Shown in pieces: positions 45,329 to 56,235 of a stretch of 64,000 bases of DNA. Below the pieces are notes generated by a model, which did no database searches, was not told the origin of the DNA, and saw nothing but the letters and a program-made list of their open reading frames with translations. The translations under genes and the position numbers were made by a program. Source of the DNA: Candidatus Poribacteria bacterium (lineage in GTDB: Bacteria > Poribacteria > WGA-4E > PCPOR2b); contig OZ252032.1 of NCBI GenBank assembly GCA_965247655.1, positions 1,477,101 through 1,541,100 of the forward strand, written 5' to 3'. Position 1 is the stretch's first letter. Each line of letters starts with the position of its first letter.

Positions 45329-47050
45329 ATGAAACTTTCACCTATTGACGGCGTAATCATCATTAGTTACATCTTGTTCGCGCTTGGACTCGGTATCTAC
45401 TATTCTAAACGTGCGGGGAAGAATATTAACGAATTTTTCGTTTCCGGTAGAAATTTGCCGTGGTGGCTCGCAGGCACATCGATGGTTGCAACGACATTCG
45501 CCGCAGATACACCGTTGGCAGTTACGGGGCTCGTGGTCAAGGACGGAATTGCGGGGAATTGGCTGTGGTGGAACATGGTCTTGAGCGGGATGTTAGCGAC
45601 ATTTCTGTTCTCCCGGCTCTGGCGGCGAGCGGAGATTATCACCGACGTTGAATTGACGGAATTGCGTTATGCCGGTAAATCAGCCAGCCTGTTGCGAGGC
45701 TTTCGCGCTCTATACATCGGATTACCAATAAATTGTATTACGATGGGTTGGGTAATCCTGGCGATGCAGAAGATTATTGTGTTGACCTTCAATCTGCCAG
45801 ACACAGGAACATCGAAGGTGCTTGCTGTCCTTGCGTGCATGTTAATCGCCGGCATATACTGTGCACTGTCGGGCTTTTGGGGGGTTGTTATAACAGACTT
45901 GGTCCAATTCGGCATGGCGATGATTGGATCCATTGTGTTAGCAGTTATCGCTGTTACCAAGATCGGCGGAATAGGCGTCCTGAAGACCAAGCTGACGGAG
46001 ATGCATGGGGCAAGCCACTCGATTTTGAACTTCTTTCCGGATTTTGGTGCCGGCGAGATGGCGATATTGACCTTCGGCATTTATCTCGGTGTTCAGTGGT
46101 GGGCGGCAAACGGCGCGGATGGCGGCGGCTACATCGCCCAGCGGATGTTCGCAGCGAAGGACGAGCGGAACACATTGCTTGCAACGTTATGGTTCAACAT
46201 TGCACACTATACGTTACGCCCTTGGCCATGGATTCTAGTTGCCCTCGTGTCAATGGTAGTTTACCCAAACCTCAGCGACCCGGAGGCGGGTTATCCGAAG
46301 CTGATGCTCGAATACTTGCCCCCAGGATTGCTTGGTCTGATGCTCACGGCGTTTCTCGCAGCGTTTATGTCAACGATTGACACCCACCTCAACTGGGGGG
46401 CATCCTATCTGGTCAACGATTTCTACAAACGCTTTTTCAAGCCAGAGGCTGACGACCGTCACTACGTGGTTGCTTCCCGAATCTCGGTGGTACTGATTAT
46501 GCTGGTTGCAGGTGTGACCAGTCTATTCATGGATTCAATCGCGGGGGCGTGGAAATTCCTGATTGCCCTCAACGCTGGAATCGGACTCGTGCAGATCTTG
46601 CGGTGGTACTGGTGGCGGATTAACGCATGGTCAGAGATTGCTGCGATGGTTACCTCCGCAGTCGTGTCAACAATTGTGTTCACCTTGCCGCAGACAAAAG
46701 ATAACTTCGCGTATCAGATGCTGATCATCGTCCCGATTTCGACACTAAGTTGGCTCATCGCGACTTTGGTGACCTCCCCTGTTTCAGAAGAGAGGTTAAT
46801 TGCGTTCTATCAACGCATCCGACCGAATGGTGGTTGGTGGGGACGCATCCCTAGCCTCGCAAATGTCCAACCGATTGGAGAGAGCAGTATGCCAGCACTG
46901 CTCAACTGGGTGTTGGGTTCGGCATTTGTCTATTGCACACTGTTTGGATTTGGCAAATTGCTATTAGGATTTTACGGTGTCGGGGTTCTCTTTCTGCTGA
47001 TTGCGCTGATTACAGGGGGTCTGATCTATCGCGGATTGCCGGCTCGATAA
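45329..47050 (+). CDS. Sodium:solute symporter (SSS) family transporter
   Basis: The protein has ~13 transmembrane helices. The sequence is EFFVSGRNLPWWLAGTSMVATTFAADTPLAVTG. Confidence 0.85.
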   Translation: MKLSPIDGVIIISYILFALGLGIYYSKRAGKNINEFFVSGRNLPWWLAGTSMVATTFAADTPLAVTGLVVKDGIAGNWLWWNMVLSGMLATFLFSRLWRRAEIITDVELTELRYAGKSASLLRGFRALYIGLPINCITMGWVILAMQKIIVLTFNLPDTGTSKVLAVLACMLIAGIYCALSGFWGVVITDLVQFGMAMIGSIVLAVIAVTKIGGIGVLKTKLTEMHGASHSILNFFPDFGAGEMAILTFGIYLGVQWWAANGADGGGYIAQRMFAAKDERNTLLATLWFNIAHYTLRPWPWILVALVSMVVYPNLSDPEAGYPKLMLEYLPPGLLGLMLTAFLAAFMSTIDTHLNWGASYLVNDFYKRFFKPEADDRHYVVASRISVVLIMLVAGVTSLFMDSIAGAWKFLIALNAGIGLVQILRWYWWRINAWSEIAAMVTSAVVSTIVFTLPQTKDNFAYQMLIIVPISTLSWLIATLVTSPVSEERLIAFYQRIRPNGGWWGRIPSLANVQPIGESSMPALLNWVLGSAFVYCTLFGFGKLLLGFYGVGVLFLLIALITGGLIYRGLPAR

Positions 47051-47230
47051 AAACAACAGTGATACCGAAAAAAGCGCGCCAACCCTAGATTGACAACACC
47101 TCCTACCAGAGGTATAGCAAACTTTTCAGGAAACAATCCATAGGATTGTTGAACGATTTTATCCGGAGCGCATTACCCGCTTTGATTTTCAGCCGGACCG
47201 TCTAAACCGAAGAGATAGAGCGATATAAAA

Positions 47231-49570
47231 ATGAAACGTCAACACACCGTTTTCGTTCTCTCGATCCTAATATTTCTCGCGATTGCCGCTCATGCTTCTT
47301 CGACAGATGACTACTTTAATCATATCACAACCTTCTCCGACGGAAAGATTACCCGTTTCACCCAAATGCCGATTCGCGTCCATATCGCACCGGTGCCTAT
47401 GGGCATTGAGGGGGTTGAAACATATCTGGAAAGTTTCCGCTATGCTATGCGCGAATGGGAAGCCGCCGCTGATGGACGGATACAGTTCCAAGAAGTAGAG
47501 GCAATCGACAACGCAGACATTCGCGTACAGTGGCAGCGGAGTGGATTGACGCAGATCGTCGATACTGCGCTCGGCAAGACGGAACTCAGCTGTCTCTCGG
47601 AAACCGATTTTGAGGTCGGCATGGTTTTATCGTTGCGAGAAAGCGGTTCGGCGGCGCTGCTTTCGCCTGAAAAGATGCGAACCGTTTGTCTCCATGAACT
47701 TGGTCATGCAATTGGGCTTTGGGGGCACAGTCCAGATTCAGCGGATGTGCTCTTCTTCGCAGCAACGGCACAACGCCCGACGGATCGAGATAGGGTAACG
47801 CTGCTCAAAGTCTACGCGGCTCCACTCCACGCCCCTCAACATGAAGCCGCAATTGAAGTTCTCAAAACGCAGATTGAAGCCAATCCCAAACACCTCCGGA
47901 GCCACTATCTCCTCGGCACAGTCAATTTCGATAAAGGTAAAGTGGATGCAGCGATTGCAAATTTCAAAGCCTGTTTGGTACTTGACCCAGACTTTCAGCA
48001 AGCCAACGAAAAGCTCCTGCTTGCCTACCAGAAAAGCGGACGTAGAGAGGAGGCCCTCGTCCATCTTCAAAAGATGCTCAATCGAGAGGCTTCGCCAGAG
48101 GGCTATAACACTGCTGGCGTGATGTACTATCAAAGTCAGCGAATTGACGAAGCCATTGCAGCCTTCAAGAGTGCGCTTCAAATTAACCCTCGCTATCAAC
48201 CAGCCAAAAATAATCTGCATCAACTCTATCGTAAGCAGGGCATTACTGCACTAGCAGATGAAACTTATCCGGCAGCAATATCGTTTTTTTTAGAGGCACT
48301 CCAACTCAACCCGATAGATTCAACATTGTATAATCTGACAGGTGAGGTGTACGCAAGAAACGGGGACTACCAAAGCGCGATTGTGGAGTACAAAAAGGGG
48401 CTGCAATTTAATCCCGGCGACACAGATGCCAAGCAAAACCTTGCCCGTTCCTACAACAATCTCGGTGTGCAGTTGACTCAATCCGAACGCTGGGAAGAAG
48501 CGATTGGCGCCTATCAGCAGGCTCATCAATTGATGCCTGACCTTGCCAGTGTGAAGAGCAATCTCACAGATATGTACTGGAAGCGGGCGAACACACTCCG
48601 TGAACAGGGAAATTTAGACTTAGCAATCGAAGCCTATCGTGAGATCCTTGAGTTTGATTCAAGTGCAATTGATGCCCACAGCCTGCTAGGGGATTTATAT
48701 TTTCAAAAGCGAAACTACCCGCAGGCGATCCGTGAATTCAACGAGGCTTTCAATGCCGACCCGGAGAATACACAAGCGCAGAAAAACCTGATCGCGGTCT
48801 ATCATAAATACGGCCAGGTACTCGACAATAAAAAGCGTTACGATCAAGCGATTACGCAGCTTGAACGGGGCCTTGCGCTAGCCCCGGCGCATATTAACCT
48901 TCGCTTGAGCATCGCGTATGCCTACGAACATGCAAAGGATTTCGATAGCGCGAGGGGGGCGTTTGAGGCGATTCTGGAACTTGAGCCAGATAACGCTCAA
49001 GCCGAAGCGGGGTTGGCCAATCTTCAGATTCAACGTGGGAATGATTTTCTGAACCGAAAGAAATATACGTCCGCGCTGAAGGTGTTTGAGAGTATCCCGG
49101 AATCGGATCGGCATGCGAGAATCTATAATACGATTGGGTATCTTTATTTGATGAAGAAACAGCCCCTGAAAGCGTTGCCAGCGTTTGATGCGGCACTCGC
49201 GGACGATCCACAGGACAAAGTTGCTTACCACAATCTCCTGAGTATCGAGTCACAGTTTGAGGCACAATTTGCCAGTGCCAATGATTCCCAAACAGTGAAG
49301 GATAGCCTCGCGCTTGTGAGAAACAGCCTTGTGCACTGCTTAATCGGCCGCGACGAACATCTCAAAGCGAAGGCCAAATACCGTGCAGCATTAGACCACT
49401 CCCCCAGCGATACGGAAGTTAAAACAACCCTTATTGACACTGGTATTCACCTTGCGAAAGCATTCCAGAAAAAGAAATGGCCAAAAAATATGAAGGAGGT
49501 AATTCGGTGGGTTAAGGAGCAAGCACCCGACAACTCGGCGGTACAACAGCTGCTTGAAGACAGTCCGTAA
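47231..49570 (+). CDS. Secreted TPR-repeat protein with an N-terminal matrixin/archaemetzincin-like HExxHxxGxxH domain
   Basis: It has a signal peptide. The zinc motif is VCLHELGHAIGLWGHSPDSADVLF. About 15 TPR repeats follow. Confidence 0.7.
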   Translation: MKRQHTVFVLSILIFLAIAAHASSTDDYFNHITTFSDGKITRFTQMPIRVHIAPVPMGIEGVETYLESFRYAMREWEAAADGRIQFQEVEAIDNADIRVQWQRSGLTQIVDTALGKTELSCLSETDFEVGMVLSLRESGSAALLSPEKMRTVCLHELGHAIGLWGHSPDSADVLFFAATAQRPTDRDRVTLLKVYAAPLHAPQHEAAIEVLKTQIEANPKHLRSHYLLGTVNFDKGKVDAAIANFKACLVLDPDFQQANEKLLLAYQKSGRREEALVHLQKMLNREASPEGYNTAGVMYYQSQRIDEAIAAFKSALQINPRYQPAKNNLHQLYRKQGITALADETYPAAISFFLEALQLNPIDSTLYNLTGEVYARNGDYQSAIVEYKKGLQFNPGDTDAKQNLARSYNNLGVQLTQSERWEEAIGAYQQAHQLMPDLASVKSNLTDMYWKRANTLREQGNLDLAIEAYREILEFDSSAIDAHSLLGDLYFQKRNYPQAIREFNEAFNADPENTQAQKNLIAVYHKYGQVLDNKKRYDQAITQLERGLALAPAHINLRLSIAYAYEHAKDFDSARGAFEAILELEPDNAQAEAGLANLQIQRGNDFLNRKKYTSALKVFESIPESDRHARIYNTIGYLYLMKKQPLKALPAFDAALADDPQDKVAYHNLLSIESQFEAQFASANDSQTVKDSLALVRNSLVHCLIGRDEHLKAKAKYRAALDHSPSDTEVKTTLIDTGIHLAKAFQKKKWPKNMKEVIRWVKEQAPDNSAVQQLLEDSP

Positions 49571-49628
49571 CCGTTTGAAGCGTTTTAAGGATTGGCTGAC
49601 AGATCTCGTTCCTGACTGCCGTAACGAT

Positions 49629-51842
49629 ATGTCCAAGAAAATACTGTACCGTTATCTACTCCCTATTGCCCTTGCTGCTTGTATGATTCCGCAGGCATTT
49701 GCAGAATCCCCTTTTGAAAAGGCACTCGCCTTAGTCGATCAGAGAGACTATGCCCAAGCCGCCGTGAGTTTGGAAGGTTTACTTAAAACGCAGCCAACAC
49801 ATCCGGAGAAACAGGCTATCCATCATGTGCTCGCTTACTGTTATGAAAGCAGGGAGAAATGGACGAAAGCGATTGAACATTATACACATGCCGTTTCCCC
49901 GACATATCCCTTGGCGGATTATGCCATCTACCATCTGGCGAAATCATACGGACAGATGAAAGACAATCAAAACGCTATCATCTGGTATCAACGATTGATT
50001 GATGAACATCCGCAGAGTTTTCATTTTGCTGGCACAAAGTACGAACTCGCCAAAGCACAGTATCACGCTGGCAACTACGCCGTGGCGCTCAAAGGTTTTT
50101 TAGGGCTTATCGCTGATTCAAAAAACAGTTATGTTAGGAAAGCGACTTATGAGGCTGCACAGACCTATGAAAAGCTGGGTAACTGGAAGCAAGCCCAAGA
50201 CACCTACCAACAGCTTATTCATACAAACGACGCGGACACAATTGCGCAAAGTTCGCTTGACGCGCTTCAAAAATTAGTCGCAGGACATCCAGAACTTCAG
50301 ATCACTCGTAATCAACGCATGACGCATGCCATGGTGCGATTCAACCGCGGTCAACTGACGAGTGCACGCTCGGAATTTCGCAAAGCGGCTGCAGGTCATA
50401 AAGACAAAATCACTGCACGCGCCACCTACTATATCGGTCGCACATACCACCGTCAGCGCAAATATGATTCGGCACTTGAAGCATATAACAAAATCGCTTC
50501 TCTCTACCCAGCGAGCGGCTATCTCACACGGGCACTCTACCAGTCAACGCTTTGTTACCGGCGTAAAGGACAGCCCCAAAAAGCTGAGGAACATTTGATT
50601 GCTTTCATCGAAAAATATAGTTGGAGTGCATTAGCGGACGATGCGCTATATGATCTCGGGTGGGTGCAGAAAAACGAGAAACAGTATGACAAAGCTATCG
50701 CTTCCTACCGTCGCTTGACGAGCCAATACACCCACAGCAACTGGTTACCGCGAGCATACTGGTGGATCGGCTGGATTCAATTCAAGAACGAACGATATGC
50801 GGACTGCATTGAAACCTTCACAACTTTGAAGAAGGGTTTTCCACACGACAGTTTCGCTAAAGCAGCGCGCTTCTGGATAGCAAAAACCTATGAACGTCAA
50901 AATCAGTTAAAGGAAGCGGAGTCAGTATATAGCGAAATCGTGGCGGCAAATCACTGGTATTACAGTGGACCCGCAAAAGAGCATCTGAAACGTCTCCGAT
51001 CAAAAAGCGATGCTCCTACCAAACCTGAAATTCTAGCAACCCCTCGGGCTCGTGTTACCGTGGATAGTCCTACTTGGAAAAATATCGGGTCTAAGAAAAC
51101 GCCTCGTGTCCAGCAATTGATGCGCCTCAAACTGTTTGAGGATGCCCTGACTGAGCTTGAAGGAAACATAAAGCGTGACAGCTTGAATCTTCGAGATAAC
51201 TACTATAATCGTATCTTATGCCTCGAAAAACTCAAGAAGTTTCAACAGGCACACGGATATGCAGACAGGCTATCAAGGTTCCAACCCCTGCGCGGTAAAA
51301 ACAACGCCATACCAATAGAACTTTACCGACTCCTCTATCCGCTTTATTACACAGACCACCTTCAAAAACATACGGCAAACTACGAAATTGACCCGCTGTT
51401 TGTCGCTGCGATGATTCGTGAGGAAAGCAGGTACAACGCTGATATTGTTTCCCGTTCAGGTGCGATAGGTCTGATGCAAATTATGCCTGCGACTGGACGC
51501 GAGTTGGCGGGTCGCCTCAAAATTCCTCGATTTAGCACAAAGATATTGTATAACCCGGATGTCAACATTCAGATGGGAGCATGGTACATGAAGAGTCTGA
51601 TGAATCAGTTCAATAACAATCACGCACTGGTCGCGGGTGCGTATAACGGCGGTCCTGGTCGGATGCGGCGATGGATAGAGGCGAAGAAGATTCCGGATTT
51701 GGATGAGTTTGTCGAAGATATTTGGATAGATGAAACACGCCGTCACATTAAAAAAGTCATCGACAGCTATATCATCTATCAGGAACTCTACCCAAAACCT
51801 GCCCCTACTTCCGCGAATATACCGCCTCCGTCAGATGGTTGA
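49629..51842 (+). CDS. TPR-repeat protein with a C-terminal lytic transglycosylase (SLT) domain (Slt70-like)
   Basis: It has a signal peptide. The SLT catalytic region is AAMIREESRYNADIVSRSGAIGLMQIMPATG…YNGGPGRM. Confidence 0.8.
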   Translation: MSKKILYRYLLPIALAACMIPQAFAESPFEKALALVDQRDYAQAAVSLEGLLKTQPTHPEKQAIHHVLAYCYESREKWTKAIEHYTHAVSPTYPLADYAIYHLAKSYGQMKDNQNAIIWYQRLIDEHPQSFHFAGTKYELAKAQYHAGNYAVALKGFLGLIADSKNSYVRKATYEAAQTYEKLGNWKQAQDTYQQLIHTNDADTIAQSSLDALQKLVAGHPELQITRNQRMTHAMVRFNRGQLTSARSEFRKAAAGHKDKITARATYYIGRTYHRQRKYDSALEAYNKIASLYPASGYLTRALYQSTLCYRRKGQPQKAEEHLIAFIEKYSWSALADDALYDLGWVQKNEKQYDKAIASYRRLTSQYTHSNWLPRAYWWIGWIQFKNERYADCIETFTTLKKGFPHDSFAKAARFWIAKTYERQNQLKEAESVYSEIVAANHWYYSGPAKEHLKRLRSKSDAPTKPEILATPRARVTVDSPTWKNIGSKKTPRVQQLMRLKLFEDALTELEGNIKRDSLNLRDNYYNRILCLEKLKKFQQAHGYADRLSRFQPLRGKNNAIPIELYRLLYPLYYTDHLQKHTANYEIDPLFVAAMIREESRYNADIVSRSGAIGLMQIMPATGRELAGRLKIPRFSTKILYNPDVNIQMGAWYMKSLMNQFNNNHALVAGAYNGGPGRMRRWIEAKKIPDLDEFVEDIWIDETRRHIKKVIDSYIIYQELYPKPAPTSANIPPPSDG

Positions 51843-51917
51843 ATGGCAAGGATAGCTCGCACCAAATCTGCGTTAAATTCTCGGACAAGCATCATTCGAC
51901 ACTTGAAAGGAGAAGTT

Positions 51918-52709
51918 ATGAAACATACAATAGGCTGCACAACCCGTCCCTACGGTTCACTCACGTTCCCCGAAGCGTGCGATCATATCGCGGCTGCTGG
52001 ATATACCGATGTTGCGGTGTTCGCCAATGCCGGTCAGGTTCCCGTCCGCTCTGATAGCACGGATGCGGAGATTGCAGAAACCCGCAAAGCCGCAGCTGCT
52101 GCTGGATTGGCCCCTTCCATGCTAATCGGCAGTACGAAGTTGAATCTCGGCTTGGAAGCCGCCGTCGATGACTACAAACGACTCATTGATAACGCCGCTG
52201 CGCTCGGCACGAAGTGGCTGCTCGATTGTGGTACGGGGAACGAAGCGTACTATGCGGACTATTTTGAGTTGATGCGTCAGGCTGCACCATATGCAGGGGA
52301 GATGGGTGTCAACATTACCATGAAACCCCATGGTGGAATCAGCCTTACAGTCGAAGATCTCATTGACGCTGATGGTAAAGTGAATCATCCTGCCTTTGGG
52401 ATTTGCTATGATCCGGGCAATATCATCTACTATACCAAAGGCGATCTTCGTCCCGAAACCGATGTAGCGACTATCGCCCCGAAAGTGACAACGACAATCA
52501 TCAAGGATTGTGTCGTTGAAGATGGTGTACCCGATGTAATGGTCACGCCGGGCGAAGGGTTAGTCGATTTTGAGACGGTTCTTAACGGGTTAGTTAATGG
52601 TGGTTTTGATGGTCCATTATATGTTGAATGCGTTGGCGGGACAACGGTGGACGAAATCAACAGGAACACCAAAGCGACACTAAAGCTTGTGAGCGATATT
52701 TTGGCGTAA
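51918..52709 (+). CDS. Sugar phosphate isomerase/epimerase (xylose-isomerase-like TIM barrel)
   Basis: An RBS AAGGAG lies upstream. Motifs …LLDCGTG…KPHGG…YDPGN are arranged in the TIM-barrel pattern. Confidence 0.75.
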   Translation: MKHTIGCTTRPYGSLTFPEACDHIAAAGYTDVAVFANAGQVPVRSDSTDAEIAETRKAAAAAGLAPSMLIGSTKLNLGLEAAVDDYKRLIDNAAALGTKWLLDCGTGNEAYYADYFELMRQAAPYAGEMGVNITMKPHGGISLTVEDLIDADGKVNHPAFGICYDPGNIIYYTKGDLRPETDVATIAPKVTTTIIKDCVVEDGVPDVMVTPGEGLVDFETVLNGLVNGGFDGPLYVECVGGTTVDEINRNTKATLKLVSDILA

Positions 52710-52761
52710 AACCTTTCTGGTTCATTTGAAAATTTAACGCAAAGGCGCAAGGAGGACAACA

Positions 52762-53805
52762 ATGAAAATCGCTCGTCTTGAAACCGAATTGTATATCGCC
52801 CCACCGCCGGAGCGTCCAATCACTGATGCACTCCGCGCCAATAGACATCCGGGACGTGTTCACGTCAAAGTTTACACGGATAAGGGTCTCGTCGGTAGTT
52901 CATCGGTTGGCTTCTCCTCGATTCGGGGTGCAAACCAGACGCTCCAGACAATGCTTAATGAGGAGGTCGCGCCGCTGCTTGTGGGACGGGATTCGCTCGC
53001 TATTCGACTGATTCATGAAGACCTGAAGCGGGCACTGGAAGAACAGGCAATCCACGGCATGACGATGTATGCCCTCACAGCCGTGAATGTCGCGCTCTGG
53101 GATATCTTTGGACAGGAGACAGGACAACCCGCGCACCGCCTTGTGGGCCAGGCGCAAGATCGAGTACCCGCCTATACGATGGTGGGTTGGATGCACTTAG
53201 ATCTCGACGAACTCAAGGAGGTCTGCGCGAAATCTGCCGAACAAGGGTTTAAGGCTGTGAAGGTCAAGGTCGGTTCGCCGACACTAGAGGAGGACATCCA
53301 ACGGCTAGAAACGATTCGGGCGGAGATTGGACCGGATGTCACGATTATGGTGGACGCCAACCAGACCCTCACAGTGTTTGAGGCGTTGCGCCGTGGGCAG
53401 GTTTTTCAGGAGATGGGGATATTTTGGCTTGAAGAACCGCTGCCCGCCCACAACTATGATGACTATGCCGAGCTTGCACATGGACTTGCTATGCCCATCG
53501 CCACCGGTGAAAACCTTTACGGTAAGGAAGAGTTTAAGGAACTCCTCGTCCGTCGGGGGATAGACATCGTGCAGGTCGATCTCGCTCGCCTAGGTGGCTT
53601 CTCCGAATGTGTCGCCACCGGTCTGATGGCAGCGGCGTTTGGTGTACCGTGCTGTACGCATGGTGGAGGATTGATAAACCTGAATATCCTGTGTGCTCTG
53701 CCCAACACGCTGTATCTGGAAACGGGTTTATTGACTGATGAGGAACGGGACCACTTCGTTGACGGCTGTTTCCTTGCACCGGAGGGGGCTGGATTTTCGT
53801 GGTAG
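52762..53805 (+). CDS. Enolase-superfamily (MR/MLE) enzyme
   Basis: Motifs …VNVALWDIFGQETGQPAHRLVG…KVKVG…MVDANQ…LEEP are present. Confidence 0.8.
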   Translation: MKIARLETELYIAPPPERPITDALRANRHPGRVHVKVYTDKGLVGSSSVGFSSIRGANQTLQTMLNEEVAPLLVGRDSLAIRLIHEDLKRALEEQAIHGMTMYALTAVNVALWDIFGQETGQPAHRLVGQAQDRVPAYTMVGWMHLDLDELKEVCAKSAEQGFKAVKVKVGSPTLEEDIQRLETIRAEIGPDVTIMVDANQTLTVFEALRRGQVFQEMGIFWLEEPLPAHNYDDYAELAHGLAMPIATGENLYGKEEFKELLVRRGIDIVQVDLARLGGFSECVATGLMAAAFGVPCCTHGGGLINLNILCALPNTLYLETGLLTDEERDHFVDGCFLAPEGAGFSW

Positions 53806-53836
53806 AGCAGATTGAAATTTCAAACTATAGATAAGA

Positions 53837-54910
53837 GTGAGGAGAGGAATAATGGAACAGGGCGAAGATAAGTTGCGCGTCGCGGTTGCCGGATGCCATC
53901 GTATGACACACCGCACCCCAGGCAGCCACAACTTTGCGACTGCGTTTCACGCTGTGCCGGAGACGGATGTAGTAGCAGTGTTTGATCTCGGCGCAGAAAC
54001 CCGGACAGAATTTGTGGATTGCTGGCGGGAGGTCTGGGGCGACATTCCGACCTATCACGACTACCAGCAGATGCTTGGGGAAATCCAGCCAGACCTGCTG
54101 TGCATTGCTACGTGCCAAACAATGCACGCAGATCAGATTGAGTTGGCTGTCGAGGCTGGAGTGCGTGGCATTCTATGCGATAAGCCTCTTGCTACTAGTT
54201 TGGCGGAGATGGATCGAATCATTGCCGCGTGTCAAGAGGTGCCGTTGCTTTTAGCGTTGGACCGTCGCTGGATGCCCCGCTATTGTTCACTACGCGAGTT
54301 AGTTGCTGATGGTGCAATCGGTGAGGTCACAAGTGCTACTGCCTATGCACTGTCCAATCTGATTAATCATGGATGCCATTCGTATGATGCGATTTTAGGC
54401 TTGGCGGGTGATGTCGAGCCGGTGTGGGTTAGCGGATTGGTGGACGACATTTCGGAGGAACCTCCTGATTCGCGCCGGCGTATGGATCCAGCCGGACATG
54501 CACAGATCGGGCTTGCGAATGGAGCGGTGCTTTATGTCACGCCAGATGGCCGCCACGAAAACGCAGGAATGACCTTTGAGGTCGCGGGTGAAAATGGGCG
54601 TCTGTTTCTCCTCGACGATGCCAATGAAAGCTACCTCTGGTCAGCGGACGATCCATCTGGGGCAGGATTACGCCCATTAGATCTCCCGGAGGAAACCGAA
54701 CCGTGGCCCGCAGGCAAGGCGATGGTAAGCGATTTGGTGCAGGCAGTGCAAACGGGTGGACGAACCGCCTGTGACATCGAACATGTTCGCCGTGCAACGG
54801 AGATAGGCTTTGCAATTCACGGTTCCTCGATGCGAGGTGGGGCTAAGGTTGACTTGCCGCTCGCTGAACGGTCATTCCGCATTGAGTCATTCCCTTGGGG
54901 TAACGAGTGA
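53837..54910 (+). CDS. Gfo/Idh/MocA-family oxidoreductase
   Basis: The sequence is LRVAVAGCHRMTH…ILCDKPLA. Confidence 0.8.
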   Translation: MRRGIMEQGEDKLRVAVAGCHRMTHRTPGSHNFATAFHAVPETDVVAVFDLGAETRTEFVDCWREVWGDIPTYHDYQQMLGEIQPDLLCIATCQTMHADQIELAVEAGVRGILCDKPLATSLAEMDRIIAACQEVPLLLALDRRWMPRYCSLRELVADGAIGEVTSATAYALSNLINHGCHSYDAILGLAGDVEPVWVSGLVDDISEEPPDSRRRMDPAGHAQIGLANGAVLYVTPDGRHENAGMTFEVAGENGRLFLLDDANESYLWSADDPSGAGLRPLDLPEETEPWPAGKAMVSDLVQAVQTGGRTACDIEHVRRATEIGFAIHGSSMRGGAKVDLPLAERSFRIESFPWGNE

Positions 54911-54927
54911 TGCGTGAAACGTGAAAA
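54899..54927 (+). repeat. Copy of the dispersed ~25-nt intergenic motif GGTAACGAGTRATGCGTRAAACGTGAAAA
   Basis: Related copies lie at 10504-10526, 25265-25295 and 38103-38123. Inverted copies lie at 38139-38156, 29370-29390 and 25348-25368. Confidence 0.4.
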
Positions 54928-55025
54928 CAACTGGTTCATGGGTTCATTAATGAATTTTTGAACGATGCGGAAACGACATCCTTACTAACTTGCACCAAAG
55001 GTGATAGAGGGAGGGAATAAGCTGA

Positions 55026-56188
55026 TGAAAATTAAGGAGATAAGAGCTGCAGAGATAGACATCACGCCCAGGTCCAAAACCCAGCCACGGAGTTCGCCGC
55101 CACCAGATCGCCCCGATTCGCCAAGCCCAATGGCGCGTTATCCCGCTTACAGAGCACGACGGTCATCGTCGGGAGCTAGCTGGAACCGAGTTGGCTGCGT
55201 AGTCACCGCTGAAGACGGCACCTTTGGCGTTGGTGTCACGATTAATGGGGGACCGGTGGTCAAAGTCATCAACGACCATTTCGCCCGACACCTTGTGGGC
55301 GAAAATTGCATGGCAACGGAGAAGGTGTTTGACATGATGTTCCGGATGGCTACCCCTTACGGCAGCACTGGAATCGCAAGCTATGCTATCAGTGCTGTTG
55401 ACCTTGCCCTATGGGATCTGAAGGGCAAGCTGTTGAACCGACCGGTCTATGAACTTCTTGGCGGACCCCAGAAGGAAAGCATCTTCTGCTACTCCACTGG
55501 ATTCGAGACCGAATGGTACATGGAGTTGGGCTTCAAGGCGACTAAACTCCCGCTACCCTACGGACCCGCCGATGGATTGGAAGGGCTCAACAAAAATGAG
55601 ATAGAAGTAGCAAGAACACGAGAACTGATTGGCGATGATGTAGAACTGATGCTGGACTGCTGGCTGTCGCTGGATGTGGAGTATACTGTCCGGCTTGCCG
55701 AGCTGCTGAGACCCTACCGCCTCAAGTGGCTAGAGGATTATCTGATACCGGAAGATTTTGAGGGATTCGCTGAAGTGCGCCAGCGATTGCCTTGGCAGAC
55801 ACTCGCTACCGGCGAACATTGGTATATGCCGTTACCCTTCTCAATGGCTGCCAGTAAGCGATACGTTGATATCTTCCAACCGGATGTGCTATGGGCGGGT
55901 GGAATCACGGCGTGCGTTCGGATCTGTCACCTCGCCGAAGCCGCCGGCATCTCGGTAATCACCCACGGCGGCATGAACTACCCCTACGGACAACATCTCG
56001 CCTTTGCGATGCCCGCCATCGTCTGGGGTGAACGCTCCGAGGGTGTCTCGCCACCGGGTGTACCGCCTGAAGAGATGGTCGCTATCCCCGGAACAGCTGT
56101 GATCAAGGACGGTCATCTTGTGCCTAACAATGCACCGGGATTTGGTATCGAGGCGAGCAAAGATTGGTTGGAAAGTGTCGCTGTGTAA
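55026..56188 (+). CDS. L-rhamnonate dehydratase-like enolase-superfamily enzyme
   Basis: The sequences SAVDLALWDLKGKLLNRPVYELLGG and MLDCWLSLDVEYTVRLA closely parallel RhmD (SCVDLALWDLFGK…MLDCWMSQDVNYATKLA). Confidence 0.75.
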
Positions 56189-56235
56189 CAAAGAAATAGG
56201 TGTGTTATCGCAGCCCCTTGGGTGTACTATCCCTC